The notes under the pieces were generated by a model. That model was not told where the DNA came from, searched no databases, and was given only the letters and a program-made list of their open reading frames with translations. This document shows, one piece after another, positions 35,042 through 48,665 of a stretch of 64,000 nt of DNA. Origin of the DNA: Microthyrium microscopicum (lineage: Eukaryota); the NCBI GenBank assembly GCA_010405405.1, contig MU004231.1, positions 3,956,884 to 4,020,883 on the forward strand, given 5' to 3'. The translations under genes were made by a program, and so were the position numbers. Positions within the stretch are counted from its first letter, which is position 1, and every line of letters starts with the position of its first letter.

Positions 35042-36242
35042 TTATTCATTGCATGGCTTCTTCTCCTCCACTTCCTCATAAAGAGGTGGAGCCTCCGAAT
35101 ATGACTCTTCAGTAAAGACGCCCTTCTCAGAATCGTGATGAGCCTCGGCATCTTCCTCGCTAAGAGCGATCGGTTGATAGCTAGCCTGTCTACGGCGGAG
35201 CTTGATCCAGACCAAAGCGATAGCAGTGCCAACCAGCATACCAATCAAGTATGTGATCATACCAGCAAGGATGCCGATGAGGACTGGAATTACGACCACA
35301 AGGAGAACGCGGGCTACATTGTGCATAAAACGGTGCATCTTGTGATGACGATGACCATGAGGTTTAGCATGGTGGTGATGAGGACGGTGATGAGGACGAG
35401 TGTGGGTAGCGTTATCATGTCCATGATGAGGCTTCTTGTGATGTGGTCGATGAGGCCGCTTTCCATGATGCATCTGCATGCCGGGTTGTCCCTTCTTGCC
35501 ACATCCATGACCGTGCATTTTGGTGCGCATCGTTTCGAGTCTATCGGCGACAATCGCACGCCACTTGCATAGTAATGGCCAGTTGCGGCATTCCTTTTGA
35601 GACGCTTTAGGGCTCGCTGGTTTATCTGATGCCTCTGCCTTGACGATGAGTAGATCGCCACGGGTTGTTTCTACGGCAGTAATGAGTAGCTCGGGAACGC
35701 GAACTGCCTTTTGCTCGATAGCATGAATTCGAAGACTGAGGTTGAGAACTCGCTCCAAGTTGTTTTTGGAGGTACGAATGCCCTTGGATTCGAAAGACCA
35801 TGCAGTAAGTCGTACGGAATGTGCGGGAGTAGCAAGTCTTGCTGGAGATCTAAGCTGTTCCATCGACATGTCGGCCGGAACTTGCAGAACTTCCGGGTGG
35901 ACAAGGTTCATTACGGGTGGGTAGAATGGAATGCCGTTCAATTCGAGAGTCTGGGAGTTTGAGCCTACGGATATATTGGCAACCTAAATGCTAGAGTCAG
36001 TACCTATTGGGAAGCCAAGGATGTGGAGGATTAGATACCAAGTAGTTCTCGTTCTGGGTCCAAGATAGACCGTCTTTGCCAAACTGAGCGAGAGGACAGC
36101 CTGGGCAAGGAATGCGGACTATCTGAGCAAAGGGATCAACCCCAAAACCTGTAGCAGCCATGGTGACGTCTGGAGGTATCATGATAGCATTTGCGCCGGA
36201 AGCGATCACGGCAGTAGCCAAAAGGCCGTATGGGGAAAACAT
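35042..36242 (-). CDS. Conserved fungal membrane protein with signal peptide, His-rich segment, C-terminal TM region and PPxY tail
   Basis: MFSPYGLLATAVIASGANA signal, IPCPGCP, one intron at ~35984-36038, ECRNWPLLCKWRA, a His-rich tract, hydrophobic IPVLIGILAGMITYLIGMLVG and EAPPLYEE. Confidence 0.85.
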
Positions 36243-36686
36243 GATGGATGTATGCAGGCTAGAAACGGGAAATGGAGAAATTGAAAGACAAGATACAGCA
36301 AAGAATTTAGTTGAAGAAGAGGATGAGATTACAGAGTGGCGGTTGAGGGGGGAGGGTGATAGGTAAAAGGTAGGAGGAAGTGTTGGGTTGATTAACTGAT
36401 GATCAATGATGTACCGGATATAACTGACACGCAATGCGGCGGAAGTCCACCCCCGCAAGCGGAAAGTATCCTGCTCTTAGAGCACCACTGCGGAATTAGC
36501 AAAACGGAATACCCCTGCACGCCTTGGTAGGTGCGGCCTCCTTTGACATTTTGATGTTGACTTTCGAACATATGAAGATTATCAGAACTTCAACGTCAAA
36601 ACACAATCATTACTATCGCCTACCTAAATCGTGTCTCGCCTACCTATGTTTATCCAATAATTTGACCTTCTTCAGTTTTTCCATTG

Positions 36687-38194
36687 ATGCGACACTTCAA
36701 GCGGCTTACCGCTGGCCGGCGAGCATTCCCAATCCCAATATGCTCCCTTACATCTCCCATAGCTCGCAACTTCTCAATATCTACACGACTACAAGGTTAG
36801 CTTTATGTCTGTTGCACTACGCTGATTACTTTGACTAATGCGCTTAGTCTACTTTCCTCCGCCTTTTGACCCGACTCCATCCCCTGAACTAGACCAGCTC
36901 CTCGATACCATCCGTCACAAAATACTTCTTCCGCGCCACCTTGACTCATCCCAGAGAAAACTAGTCCAGAGAGCAGAAAATCATGCTTACTTGGCTAAAG
37001 AAGATGTTCGTGTAGCCATTGGTGGTCAGGAGATGCGACTGGTTCCTTTCAACTTTTCCACCGATGGGGTGTCTGTTGGCCAATCCCTCAACCAAGCTCT
37101 TGTCTTATCCGAAAGCACTGGCGACTTTTCTTTTTGGTCAAATCTTTTGAAAGGGGCCAGATCTGCCAAATTGCTTGTTGCTCAGTCTCTGCGTGAAAGA
37201 TTAGCGTTCACAGCCGCCAAAAAACAGCAACTTCCAATTGTTATGCAGCTTCTCGAAAATGCGGAGAAAACCAGCTACCCTATCACTCCACGACTACTTA
37301 TAAAGCTCTTCACTTTCTGCAGAGATAGTGCTATATTTGGCGCCGATGCCTTACGGTTAGCGGAACGAGATACCTCCAATGACTTCACAAAGGAGTCTAT
37401 CCAATCCATGGTCGAGGAAGCAGACAATCAAGTTTCAGTTGTAGCAGACCGCCCTGAATTGGCTCCTTATCGCGCCAAAGCTTTGAAAGAAGGGCTGAGA
37501 CTATCAAATGCCTTCAACCTACTAGTCACGCAGCCATTTCACCAAAAAGCGCTGCGCGAGAAAGACGTATGGAAATCTGGACTACTATCTGACCCTTTGG
37601 ATGATCCTCTATTGCTTGCTCTTCCCCTTGAGCTTCAATCTCGCCTCGAACAGGATTCATCTATCTTGGAAATGTCGCAGACGAGCAACGAAGTCGTTTC
37701 CGGTTCCGAAAATAATGCACCACCCCGCCCCTCGCCCAGTGCTTCTGAAGTCGCTACCAAAATGGATCTCGCACTTGTCAAGAGACCGATTCAAGCTGTA
37801 AGTCTGCCACAATTTCAAGAATCCCTAGACTGACATATAATTCCAGCCTGATCTCGGCGCGGTAGATCCCTCGGAAATCAGAGGACGATGTTCAAACTTT
37901 CCTAATTATGCCTACTTAATCCTTTCAAGCCTTCAAAGGGCACAAAAGGTTATTGATGATGCCGAGCTTCGCAGTAGACTTCAAATTCATGAACAGGCTG
38001 TACATGAAGCTCTAGGGACATTTTATAGGTCGGTACCCTCAACTCACGAAAAAATCGTTGCTCGCCCGATGTGGGACGACATAGTTGAGAAGGGTGGAGA
38101 CCTTGACTTTCCACTCCAATACAAGTTTAGAACCTTGCAACGTCAACATAAGGTATATAATTATGGAAAAGAGCAAGGTGAACCTTCAAGCTGA
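36687..38194 (+). CDS. Hypothetical protein with an Arg-rich mitochondrial-type presequence
   Basis: Exon 1 MRHFKRLTAGRRAFPIP...RNFSISTRLQ, intron ~36796-36848, main exon SPELDQLLDTIRHKILLPRHL..., intron ~37798-37846, last exon PDLGAVDP... The end coordinate is uncertain. Confidence 0.7.
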
Positions 38195-38477
38195 TCCCGG
38201 ATCCCATAATCCTTCTGGTAACATATTCGGAGGTTAGTACTGTAAGATAGTATCTACACACTTGTCTATTCATTGCAATGCATACAATCAATATCATGAT
38301 AGACATGTATCCTGTAAGTCGGTACTTATTAACCGTATCGAGAGAGTTAGCTACCAACGAATGCCGCAAAGTTGATGATAGACGGTTCAACACCATATCA
38401 TTCATTCATTCATTATATACAGTGATGCTGATAGGATACAGCTAACTCTCCTGTCGCATGCACAATCTTGGAGACGT

Positions 38478-40547
38478 CTACTCAAAACACATTGGACGAA
38501 CCGCACTTTCCTCCCAAGCTTCGCCATACATGATCCCATGCACATAGGCCTCTCCGACCAACATCCAAGTCTCCGGCCCACCCTGTCTTACTACATACGG
38601 AACGCTTCTCCTCACCACAAACGGCACCTTTCCACCTTCCAACAGGACGATCTCATCACCCATCTGCGCCAATCCAGGTAATAATGCCACCCTACCTGAC
38701 GCTGTCTTGCCCATCTTACGACAATTAGTAATTCCCGGCACCACCAAGTCGCTGATCGCAGCCTCTCCGCACTGTACACGCACAAAGCTCTCCACATCCG
38801 ACAAGATCCCACTCAACCGCTCCAGTGCACTGAAGACGTTTCGACTCTGCACCTGCCGCCCAAACGTCAAACGTCTATATGGTGCTAGCGGCTTGACGTA
38901 GTCGGTCGCAAAGTCACCTTTGCAGATCTCATACGTCGCTTTCGTCATACCGCCGTGCATTGTCTGCCAGTAAACTTGGAGCATGGATTCGTGGGTAAAA
39001 TATTTCTTGCGGCTACGTGCGCGTATAACGTGCTCCCAGCTGGCGAAGGTGTTACGTACCCGCTGGCTGTATTCGCTTGCGTCCTCGTCTTCATTTCGGT
39101 GTCTCATTGTATGGCCAACAGACGTTATGGTATCGATGCGTGTGCCGCGCAGCTGGAGGATGGCTGGATTTGTGGTCGGCTGCAGAATGGTGGTGGAACC
39201 GCGAGTAGCGGCAAATTGAGGAACGTCGGGGGTGAAGAGTACGTTTGGATGGTCCTCAAGGACGACCTTATCCAGGCGTGTAATGGGATCCGATGTGCTG
39301 AGCTCGCTCAGGTCAGGAACCCAGGTTGGCATGGAAGCATCGGTACTATCTTCAGCGGTTCGATGAACGACACTGAGAACGTCAAGGTTGCCGTACCGCG
39401 CAATATGATCGACAACGAAGCGCTTGTAGACTTCTTCAGCTGGAAGGAGATAGTCCGGTGTGCCCAAAACTCCAGCCTCTCCTCGCTCTTCCGCCAGTCC
39501 TATCAACGCAAAAACTTTGTCCCTAGAATCCGTCGCAAGTGTTGCGCCCGCTCTCGCAACCAACTGTAGCAACTGCGGCGTGATGCCCAATGCCACCTCC
39601 TCTTTCGTTGGCTGAATCAGCAGGTCTGCAAAATACCGCCCTGTCATGACCGCCTGACTCTGGCTATAGGTGACCAGATTCCCCCAGATCTCGCTCGTCA
39701 CCGTCACAAAGTCCTGCCAATTGACCCATCGTCTCCCACACAACAACAGCGCTCTCGGCGCCAGCGCCAACTCCTGTATGATCCACACTCGCCTGAACCA
39801 TGGCCTCTCAAAGATGCTGAAGATGCAATGCAACACCCAGCTATTCCTCAACGGAAACCCATACCGGATCAACATATCGTCCGTCAAATGCCTCAGCCGC
39901 TCCCCATCCCTCGCCATCTGCTTCTTTCGAATCGCTGCGAGCACTCTCGGGACCGTATCCATACCCAGATCCGTCATGGTACTACTCGGGCCCAACCACG
40001 CAATCACACCCTTACAACTACGATAGATATCTCGCATCAACTGCACCTGTGCATTGCGTTCCTCCACATCCTGCTGATTAATACACACCGCATCCGCCCA
40101 GATAGTCCTCACGCCATCTACCCGTCTTAGATGCTTTAGCGCCCCTTGTAGACTCTTCGTAATGCTTATGACGCCTTCGTTTTCAATCACCAGCTTTTGG
40201 TCAAAGACAGGGGGTCCCCAGCAGTAGCTGATTGCTTCGTAGTCGGGCTTTTCAGCCAGATCGACGGTCCGTATGCGGCAAGTCAGGGCAGCGGAGTCTT
40301 TGGGCTTGGGGAGAAGTTCGATTACGCGTATTAGCGTGGTGCCAGCGTAGGTGGGGAGCGGTTTGTATTGGTAGCCATTGCGAGGTTTGCTGTCGGCTCT
40401 GTTATCAGCTTTGCTGTCTGGGGATTCGTATGTTGGTGGAGGAGTGGAGGGTGGTGTGGAGAGGAGGACTGCTTTTGCTCTGAGTGTTGGTTTTTCGCTT
40501 AGTGTCTGGTCTGAGTTGGTTCGGGGGAGTACTTTGAATGTCGCCAT
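38478..40547 (-). CDS. Heterokaryon incompatibility HET-domain protein (HET-6-like)
   Basis: YEAISYCWG, IWADAVCINQQDVEERNAQVQLMRDIY, WFRRVWIIQE, ATDSRDKVFAL, PTWVPD and LVGEAYVHGIMYGE. Confidence 0.93.
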   Translation of the reverse strand: MATFKVLPRTNSDQTLSEKPTLRAKAVLLSTPPSTPPPTYESPDSKADNRADSKPRNGYQYKPLPTYAGTTLIRVIELLPKPKDSAALTCRIRTVDLAEKPDYEAISYCWGPPVFDQKLVIENEGVISITKSLQGALKHLRRVDGVRTIWADAVCINQQDVEERNAQVQLMRDIYRSCKGVIAWLGPSSTMTDLGMDTVPRVLAAIRKKQMARDGERLRHLTDDMLIRYGFPLRNSWVLHCIFSIFERPWFRRVWIIQELALAPRALLLCGRRWVNWQDFVTVTSEIWGNLVTYSQSQAVMTGRYFADLLIQPTKEEVALGITPQLLQLVARAGATLATDSRDKVFALIGLAEERGEAGVLGTPDYLLPAEEVYKRFVVDHIARYGNLDVLSVVHRTAEDSTDASMPTWVPDLSELSTSDPITRLDKVVLEDHPNVLFTPDVPQFAATRGSTTILQPTTNPAILQLRGTRIDTITSVGHTMRHRNEDEDASEYSQRVRNTFASWEHVIRARSRKKYFTHESMLQVYWQTMHGGMTKATYEICKGDFATDYVKPLAPYRRLTFGRQVQSRNVFSALERLSGILSDVESFVRVQCGEAAISDLVVPGITNCRKMGKTASGRVALLPGLAQMGDEIVLLEGGKVPFVVRRSVPYVVRQGGPETWMLVGEAYVHGIMYGEAWEESAVRPMCFE

Positions 40548-43500
40548 GATTCTAAGGTATGATGAACGACAGTGGGATGGCTAGAAAGTTGTAATGCATT
40601 CATTGTGATATTTAACAGCTCATCGATGCTGAAGTATATGCTACATTGGAGGTTGCAACGTTGAAACATCCCTGCCCCGATAGATGAATTGTTAATATAT
40701 AAACATCCCAAAGGAATGATCCTCTGCTACATATATCAGGGCAAAGAGGCCGCTTTAGTTCTGTGGGGGATTTGATGATGGTAGGCATCTCCCTTATTGA
40801 AGGAGATGATACACGGGCCTAGTTGTAAGAACTTCATTTTCTTAACCACTGACGAGACGAGTATGTATACGAATCATATCGTAGTCAATGGAAAGGTCAA
40901 GAGACTTGGTAGGGTTTGAGCTGCATTCAAAGTTGTTTCCTGAGGAACGAGAAACGTTACTTGTGGTAGCCAAGTACAAAACCTTCTGATCCTACGGAAG
41001 GGCAGTCCAAACCTCGATAATAGTCTTGAAAGTGCTAAGACGAAATGTTCACTGACTGATTTCGAGTTGAAAAGTTAGTCATTAGAAACGACTGCTATTC
41101 TTGAGGAGAAGTAAATCGACAGAAGGCTTACCTACCAGGTTCAGATTGTGCTTGTCTTGATCGGTCAAGGTATTTTTGCTTTTGGACATCGAAATGAGGA
41201 ACACTAGGAATAAGATCAGATCATGTTCGGAGATTTAAAATGCTTCTAAATTTGCTTTTTTCGTTCTTCCCGCTTCAGCCCTACAGGGGAGCACTGTTGG
41301 TGGAGGTGGATATCTGGAATCTCGTTCATGAATGAGGATGACTGTTTACTACTTATCCGTCGGTATTATGGAATTAACAATGAAGGCCAGCGTAAAGTGC
41401 TAGAAAAGTCACAAACTATTTTGGTTCTCATTGCCATAGAAAAAATTTGAGGGTGACTCTCCTGTTTGTGAAACCAGGACTCATTGGATCCGAACAGCCC
41501 GAGGATCCGAACAGTTGCACCACTTTTATAAAAGGGACTGTCTCTTTATTGCCTTTATTGTTGACTTTTGCAGGTTTCTGTCATCAAAGTGAAATGGCAC
41601 GCCTTATGATGCCACAAGTTGGCAAGCTCGATCAAAGCGCGTCTATAGGCGGAAACCCCCGAGGCGGCTGATGGCGTCTACGCCGCCTCGCTTCCCATCG
41701 CCTCTTCCGAAGAACTGGGTAAGCCGTTGAGAGTTGGCTCAAGAACACGGGAGCAAGTCGCGACGGGGACAAGAGTTCGCAAAGGAGCAAAGCAATGGCC
41801 AGAAAGAGGCACGGAATACTTCCCCGATTCTTCAAAAACACGCAGCATCTCCTACTCGCCAGCTCGAGGTCTACCGTGAGGATGTGGAAATAAGATTCGG
41901 AATGTTCGGCTACTGCGTAGCACAGAAGGGTTCTTTGTGTCTCGATGCCAAGAAGGTTGCGCATTGTTTTGTCGAGAGCTCATGTTGACTGGTTCAGGAG
42001 TTCAAGCATCCCACACCATCTTCATGAGATGGATGCTTTGTGTTATGTTGTTGACGCCGCGTAATTGAATTGGCTCAATCAGTCCGACTAGGTTCAGTGA
42101 GCAGTCACACTGATTGATAACAACTCAAATTCTCCTCGATTGGTCCCCGATCGTGAGATTGTTGGTTCCTGACTTCAGAATCCATATTGGGCCGACTTCT
42201 CTCTTGGTGCTGAGCTACCAGCTACGTACCTAGGTACGGGAGCGAAGTCAGTTTCCGAAAGTAGACTGAGAAATGACATTTGACAGCCCAAGTAACACAA
42301 CCACTCCACGCTTCCTGCTTCACAAATCACTAGTCAAGATAATAAATAATCGACCAGTAATCACGATAGAAATCTTATCTAGGGACCGCTACGGACGTCG
42401 GAGACAAGTCTCTTACGCTAAAAAATGTTGAACTCTCAAACGGCTCAAAACGTTGGCGTCTGACCAGTAAGGCGACGCTATAAGGCTGCGACGATGGTTC
42501 CAAGAAATAGGTGTAAGGCTGTCAAATTTAAGAAATCTGCCGGACTCTTTTAGATTCAAGACGGCTCCCGCTGATCGGCGGCGGCCCCGCGAAAACAAGG
42601 TTTTATAAGCCACATTTAAAGAGTTGTCGAATTCACAATTTCACACTCATCTGGTAGGATGGATGTTCATATTGTCGTCAGTTGTTCTCGTCTGATAGAT
42701 AATTACGTGATATGCTTGCACTTTTCACCCTAACTGGATATTTTGCCAAGCTTAAGGCTGATAAGAGCGGGATGTTTTCTGTGGCGGCCTTGCCATCTTG
42801 GGGTCGGATATTGGGTGGCGTTTAAGCTGTGGAGAGCCTCAACATGTCCCATAGTGGAGAATATAGTACGCAGTAAGGCTTGAACATGATAGGATGTTAG
42901 TTTTTAAACAAGTTGAATCTGTTATATTGCTCAAATATGTTTCTCTGTGGTTGATGTAGAGTTTTACATTGTTACTAGGGAGCCTGTAGATGATCAGATT
43001 CATTCACCTGTTAGTTGAATAATGGCCAGGTTGTGGAAATGTATACGGGGAAGGCAGTTGCTTGCGAGCTTTAATTGTCACAGGGAGCAGTAATATAGAC
43101 AGATCCAAAGATATGGCTGATCGAGGATGCCAAACTGAAACTTCTAATGGTCAAATTTATTAAATCGATACCATTATTCCAAGGTAAGTCGATTAATACA
43201 CCAGGCAAGGCTATAGCAAAGTCAATGTCAGTAGGAATTTGGTCGATCAAACCGTCAACGTGTTTCCTTATTGAAACTTTCTTGCACGTTTTGCGAGCCA
43301 TGCATTTGGGCTCTGGATGATCTGCAGAAAGGTATCTCACAAAACTGCCTATCATTCCGTCCATGGAATCCTAGGTACTAGATGAAGTATGTGGTAGTAC
43401 GACAATTGTTGATTGGAGTTCTGCCCATTTGGGAGTAGGAGGCGAGTATCAAACGGTTGGATCTTCTTCATGTTGTTTGTGCACGAGCTTGAAGCGGCCA

Positions 43501-45552
43501 TTGCTTTTGGTAGAAGGCTGTCTGAGGACGACTCTTCCGAAGCCTCTTGTATTCCTCGGGTAGATGAACATCCATTTCGCGCCGTACGGAAGCTGCAAAA
43601 GAGTAGTCAGGTCCTCAAATAGCAATAAGCGCATAGCAGAGAAGGATCCGTTGGTCAAGTTTTCCGGTCGCGGTTGCGGTTGTAACCCACCATTCTACAG
43701 ACATTTAAATGATATGCTTTGTAAAAGATGGAGAAAATAGCTCTAAGCAGTGATCTAGCGGCTAAGGCTAACCAACTGTTGGGCGCTTTACTGCTTAAGT
43801 ATAGCGCAAAGTCCAATGATAGAAGAGCAACTGCACTGCGCCCCTCGTTTCTTGCATCTCTGATTGAACGAGACGAGTTGGACCTGCAGCGCAATGCAGC
43901 GCCTCCCTTCAAATGCTTCCCTGATTTAGCATCACTGCGCAGTTCCATCCATCTGTTGGATAATTGGATTGTTCGGACGGCACCTGTACCGATTTGGATT
44001 GGGCTTGTCGCTTGTTGGCCCGATTTGAATGCTACCTTCTCTTCTAACAGATGCATTCCAGTTCCAAGGCACTTTTGCACTGTGAGTCTGAGGGAGCGAC
44101 ATGATCATGACCAATGAGCATAGCTTATTCGGTTCATCAAGCCGCTTCCATGCAGTCTTTCTAGGCTAGCTCTTCCAAACAAAAGGGTGTTGGCTCGTTG
44201 GGGGATTTTTTGATCTTTGACAGCCAACAGACGCCAAAGGCGCAGCCTCTTCGCGACCTCCCCACTGACCATCGTTGTCCTAGTTCTCAAATCTGGACAA
44301 GTGACAATGGATACAAGTAAGAGCTACGCAGAGTACTAGTACTAGGAAAGCCTGCCTTGCTTACTGCTTGTACACCCTTCACCTTTAATCCTCCACCTAC
44401 CCCAGAACTCTCTCCCCATAGGGAATTAATATTACTACTTTTCGAATTGCGTGTAGCATGCTAAGCTATATCCCTAGCTTACTACATGATTGACAGGCGA
44501 GCTGGCTGCAAGCAAATCTTGAAACTGCTCCCCGCGACAGGTTTCCAAAACGACGTGTAAATCGACACAACATTACACAAGTCAGCATCACCAGGAGCAA
44601 AGAATCAGAGTCTTTTCTAGGCCACTGTGCGACTGGTTACAACAGCCGAACTATAGCAACAGCAACGTTTCTTCTGTGCGAGAAGGAACGACGGAGATAA
44701 TCTCGCTATTATTTCGTGGTTGCATGTTTTCCACGACTCAACACCAACTTGAGGTCACAACGCCACATTATTTACCAACTGCGATATCTTAAAGCAGCAA
44801 CCCAACAACCGACAATAGGCGAAAGCTAAAGGCTCCAGATTAGGCATTGGCCATTGGCTACACTTAGCTATTCCTGGTCGACAAAGTGACAGGCGTTGCA
44901 AACAAACCTGGTGGTTTTAGGGTCATCTGTACTTGAAACCCAGCTTGAGGCATCGCTTGCTTTGAACCGAATCAGTGTCCAACATCTTCATTGTCAACTG
45001 GATGCACCAAACCCTGCGAATCTTCCACCCCCCACTGAGAACCGAACCGTGATCTGCCCCAAGAGCCTTGAGCAAGAGCCTTTTCTGAGTATCTGCAATA
45101 TACTGCCTTGGTCTTGTTGGACGCTAGTCTTTTCGAAGCTCCATTGGATTCATATATTCCCCAGCGCCGCATCATCTCTCTCTGGCCCGACTCTATATTG
45201 CCTCTTCATATATTGCAAAGACCTAAATCCCACCCTCCTTTTTAGTCTTCCTCACCTCTTCATTCCCTTTCCAACCTTGCTCCCTCATTTTCCAGCCATA
45301 CTTTTTGTGGTATTGCTGTACAACCTCACCAAAAGCCACCAATACTTCTCTCCCGTCTGCTGCGCCAGTATACGCAGCTACTTCCCGGTACGATTGACGG
45401 TATCACAAGAGGCGCACCAACCCCACCGCCCTTCGCGTCTTCCGTTGCTCTGCAAGATACTATTATTATTACTCTTCATCTCCGACCTCCCGGATCCTCG
45501 AGGTCCTTCCCAGCAATCCTGATCCTTGACTTCGACTCTCCGCTCATTCATC

Positions 45553-46653
45553 ATGGCAACAGTGACCCACTCAGTCACGACTGTCACTTCACAAAACATG
45601 AATCACCAGTTCCAAAACTGGTCCTTTGAAAAGGCCATGGTTGAGGCACAGCAACGAAGCCCAAGCGAATCATCATCAGCGGACTTTTTCGATGCTGAAG
45701 ACAAAATGAGAATTCCTCCAACCATGGGCGATTTCAAGAGAACATTGGAAGAACAACGGACACCAATCACCCTAGACGAACGATACATGTCATCTGAAGA
45801 GCAATTGTCTCCGGCAGAGCATGACGGAGAAGAATCAGATATGGCAGACGATACTTCGATCTACGAAACTGAAACTTTCAAGGTTGCAACATGTGATATG
45901 GCTGTTGCAATCTGTATCATATCAGTTGGAAGAGCAAAGGTGGTTGATGTACCAATTCCGTCTTTGACATCCTCTCCTACAATTTCTAGCGAAATAGAGC
46001 GACCGATTCGCTCCGACTCAATTACGAAGCCATTCTCAGCCATCCCACGAAAGGCAATTTTTCTACAGGAACAGAAACTTCGAACTCGACACTCTGCTAG
46101 CTCATTCGCACGTCTCTCCACACCAGTCACTTCAGATCTGGGCTCACAAACTGATATTCAAACTTCACTGAACGAAACACCTTCCCGGCGAAACTCAATA
46201 TTCTTCCGAAACTTCACTGCAAACTCATCATTCGCTCCAAAACCACTTGCTCATACCTCAACCTTACCTTCCTTCCTGGGCCAAGATCCATACGAAGCTA
46301 TTGCAAAGCCACGCCAACAGCATTCTCGGATCCGCAATCTCTCTCAAAAGATTGGTCGTTTTGCCATGTATGGTCCATCAGGCAAGCCAGACTCAGCAGA
46401 TTCCATCGATGCTCCAGTTTCCAAACTACGAAAACTCTCAACAAGTACTGGTTCAAAACGATCATCTCTTGAACCATCACGGCCTTTGACACCACAAGTT
46501 TCGAGTGCACCAAAACGAAAGATGATTGCAAGAGGTGCAGACGAACGAGCTCCACCAATTGAGATTCCACCATGTCCGTATGATCTGGACGAAGACGGCG
46601 AGTTGCTTACTCTCGACCGAATGCTACGACGGAAAAGCCTAGTCGCGATCTAA
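45553..46653 (+). CDS. Ser/Thr/Pro-rich hypothetical protein
   Basis: Long intronless ORF; conserved-looking islands AVAICIISVGRAKVVDVP, SFLGQDPY and KMIARGADERAPPIEIPPCP. Confidence 0.75.
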   Translation: MATVTHSVTTVTSQNMNHQFQNWSFEKAMVEAQQRSPSESSSADFFDAEDKMRIPPTMGDFKRTLEEQRTPITLDERYMSSEEQLSPAEHDGEESDMADDTSIYETETFKVATCDMAVAICIISVGRAKVVDVPIPSLTSSPTISSEIERPIRSDSITKPFSAIPRKAIFLQEQKLRTRHSASSFARLSTPVTSDLGSQTDIQTSLNETPSRRNSIFFRNFTANSSFAPKPLAHTSTLPSFLGQDPYEAIAKPRQQHSRIRNLSQKIGRFAMYGPSGKPDSADSIDAPVSKLRKLSTSTGSKRSSLEPSRPLTPQVSSAPKRKMIARGADERAPPIEIPPCPYDLDEDGELLTLDRMLRRKSLVAI

Positions 46654-48665
46654 TCAACCTTTTCGGTTCTGGATCAGTGGCTACTGATATTTTGTTTAAT
46701 GGTTCTTGCGATTTTTTACGAACAGGATGATACCCACTAGTAACTCTCTTTACTACTACCTCTAGAATGAGATGATTTTATGACTCTACTCTTTTCTTCT
46801 TCCATGCGTGATCCTTTTCGTTGACTTCTAGTGCCGAGTGCCGTAAGCTCATCAATTCAAAGTCGCCTAATTACATAGATGAATAGCACGGCAATCTTAT
46901 ACCCTCCTATAAACAAACGCACCAATCAACCCTACTTCCACCTATTACCTTCTACAAGTATACTCCGCCCAGCTTCCCTAAATCCCACATGCTTATTCCT
47001 CTTCTCCACAGGAATATAGGATCCGCAGCATTGACGAAGAAGCCCTCAATGCAAACCTCCTCCCCGCCACTGGCACTTGCCTCTCGCCATCTGAATGCGT
47101 TGTCTTTTTTCATTCCCAACCCTTCCTCAGCCTCCCCTCCAACCGTCCCGCACCTTGCGTCATTTATCCTAGATCTTTTGGCACTTGGTGAATGGCTCTA
47201 TCAGGGTTTAACGAGTTCTAGGCCGTTAAAGCGGGAAAGCAAGGATTAGCTACTGCGAAACTCCTTGCGACATGCTTGATGTTTGGCAAGGGGTTTCAGG
47301 CCTGCACGTTGCGACCGTTTGCACTAGTGTCCTCGTTGCGCTGCACGGCATGGACAGAAATTCATACAATTTGCCCCAAACTTCATCTCTTCAGCAAGTG
47401 GGGTATAAGGGCGGGGCTTTGATTATTGCCATTGTGGTTTATTACTGTTCATAGCGGTTGTGTGTGGTTTATTTTCGCCTTTCGCCGCCTTGCAGACTAC
47501 ACACCTTCGCTATGCCTCCAGGCTTTGATAGCAGAGCTATTAAGGCGCATGGTTTATCTATATTTTCCTTGCGCAATGCAGAGCTAGAAGCACTCCCCCT
47601 CTTTTGATCGACGTACCTGCCGATGGAACGTGGTTCAACGTTGGTGGTGTCGGAGTTGTATGCAGCATCACATGGTGGGATGCGCGATACATCGTCGGCG
47701 GATCACGACAGTTGAGTTGTGCTCACGCAATGCAGGGACGGTTGTTCTGGAAGATTTTTTTCGTTTTGGTGTTTTGCATGTGCATCTGAGATTCCGATGA
47801 TTCAAAGTTGTTGTGCAAGATCAAGTGGCGTCATATTTGGTTTCTTGGATGGGTGGATCAGATGTGTTGCTGGGCGGTGTGCTTCAAGGAAGTGTCTTGC
47901 AGCACATTGATGGATTGAGGCAGGAGGAAGGATGTTGAACCAAAATAGTATTTTAGCCTAGATTTAGCCTGGGCACTAGAAGGATTGGGAGGATACATGA
48001 TTTTGTGCATATTCTACTTCCTAAGTACTAGTAGAGAAGATAATTGTTATCAGTACCTACACTTATAAGTCGAGACGGTTTTCGTTCACCACTTCCCTTC
48101 CACATCAGCTAATTATCACTTCTAATTTAGTACTTTCTATTGACGCATACCATGACTTACAAAACAATCTATAGTTTCACTGCTGTCAATATTCAACTTG
48201 GACTTCGATACACATTATTGTATATCAGGACCACTCAGATACAGTCAGCAAGAAATTGAACCGTACTTCTCACTTAATTTACTCGATATCAATCTGAAGT
48301 AGAAGCTATTATGATCTAAAAGAAAAGCCCAGACAGCAGTGCAAGTCTGTTCTAGACTTAGAAATAGCCAGTGTCTCTGGTTCAAATATCACTGGGCTGA
48401 ACTTGCTGTCAACAACGCCACGCCACACTCAAGTGCCAGGCATACAAAGGGCATACATTTCGCGGGCTTTTCAGAGACGTATTGAGTGATTATAGCAGGT
48501 CTGTGTCGCAATATTTATCTACGTCTTGACATAAGTTGATGATTGCGGTTGAGAAAATGCCCAAGGCAGATTTTGGAAGGCGGTGCTATGGGTGGCACCT
48601 ATAAAGTAATATGAGCGGCGAAGCAAGAAATCGGTGCTACAAAAGCCCAATATATACCTCTCTGA

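Noticed and set aside
41447..41988. Cluster of short overlapping ORFs
   Set aside because: No consistent spliced model or recognisable motif.
44896..45522. 208-aa Leu/Pro-rich ORF
   Set aside because: TTG start and pyrimidine-rich composition typical of the promoter/5' UTR of the gene at 45553.
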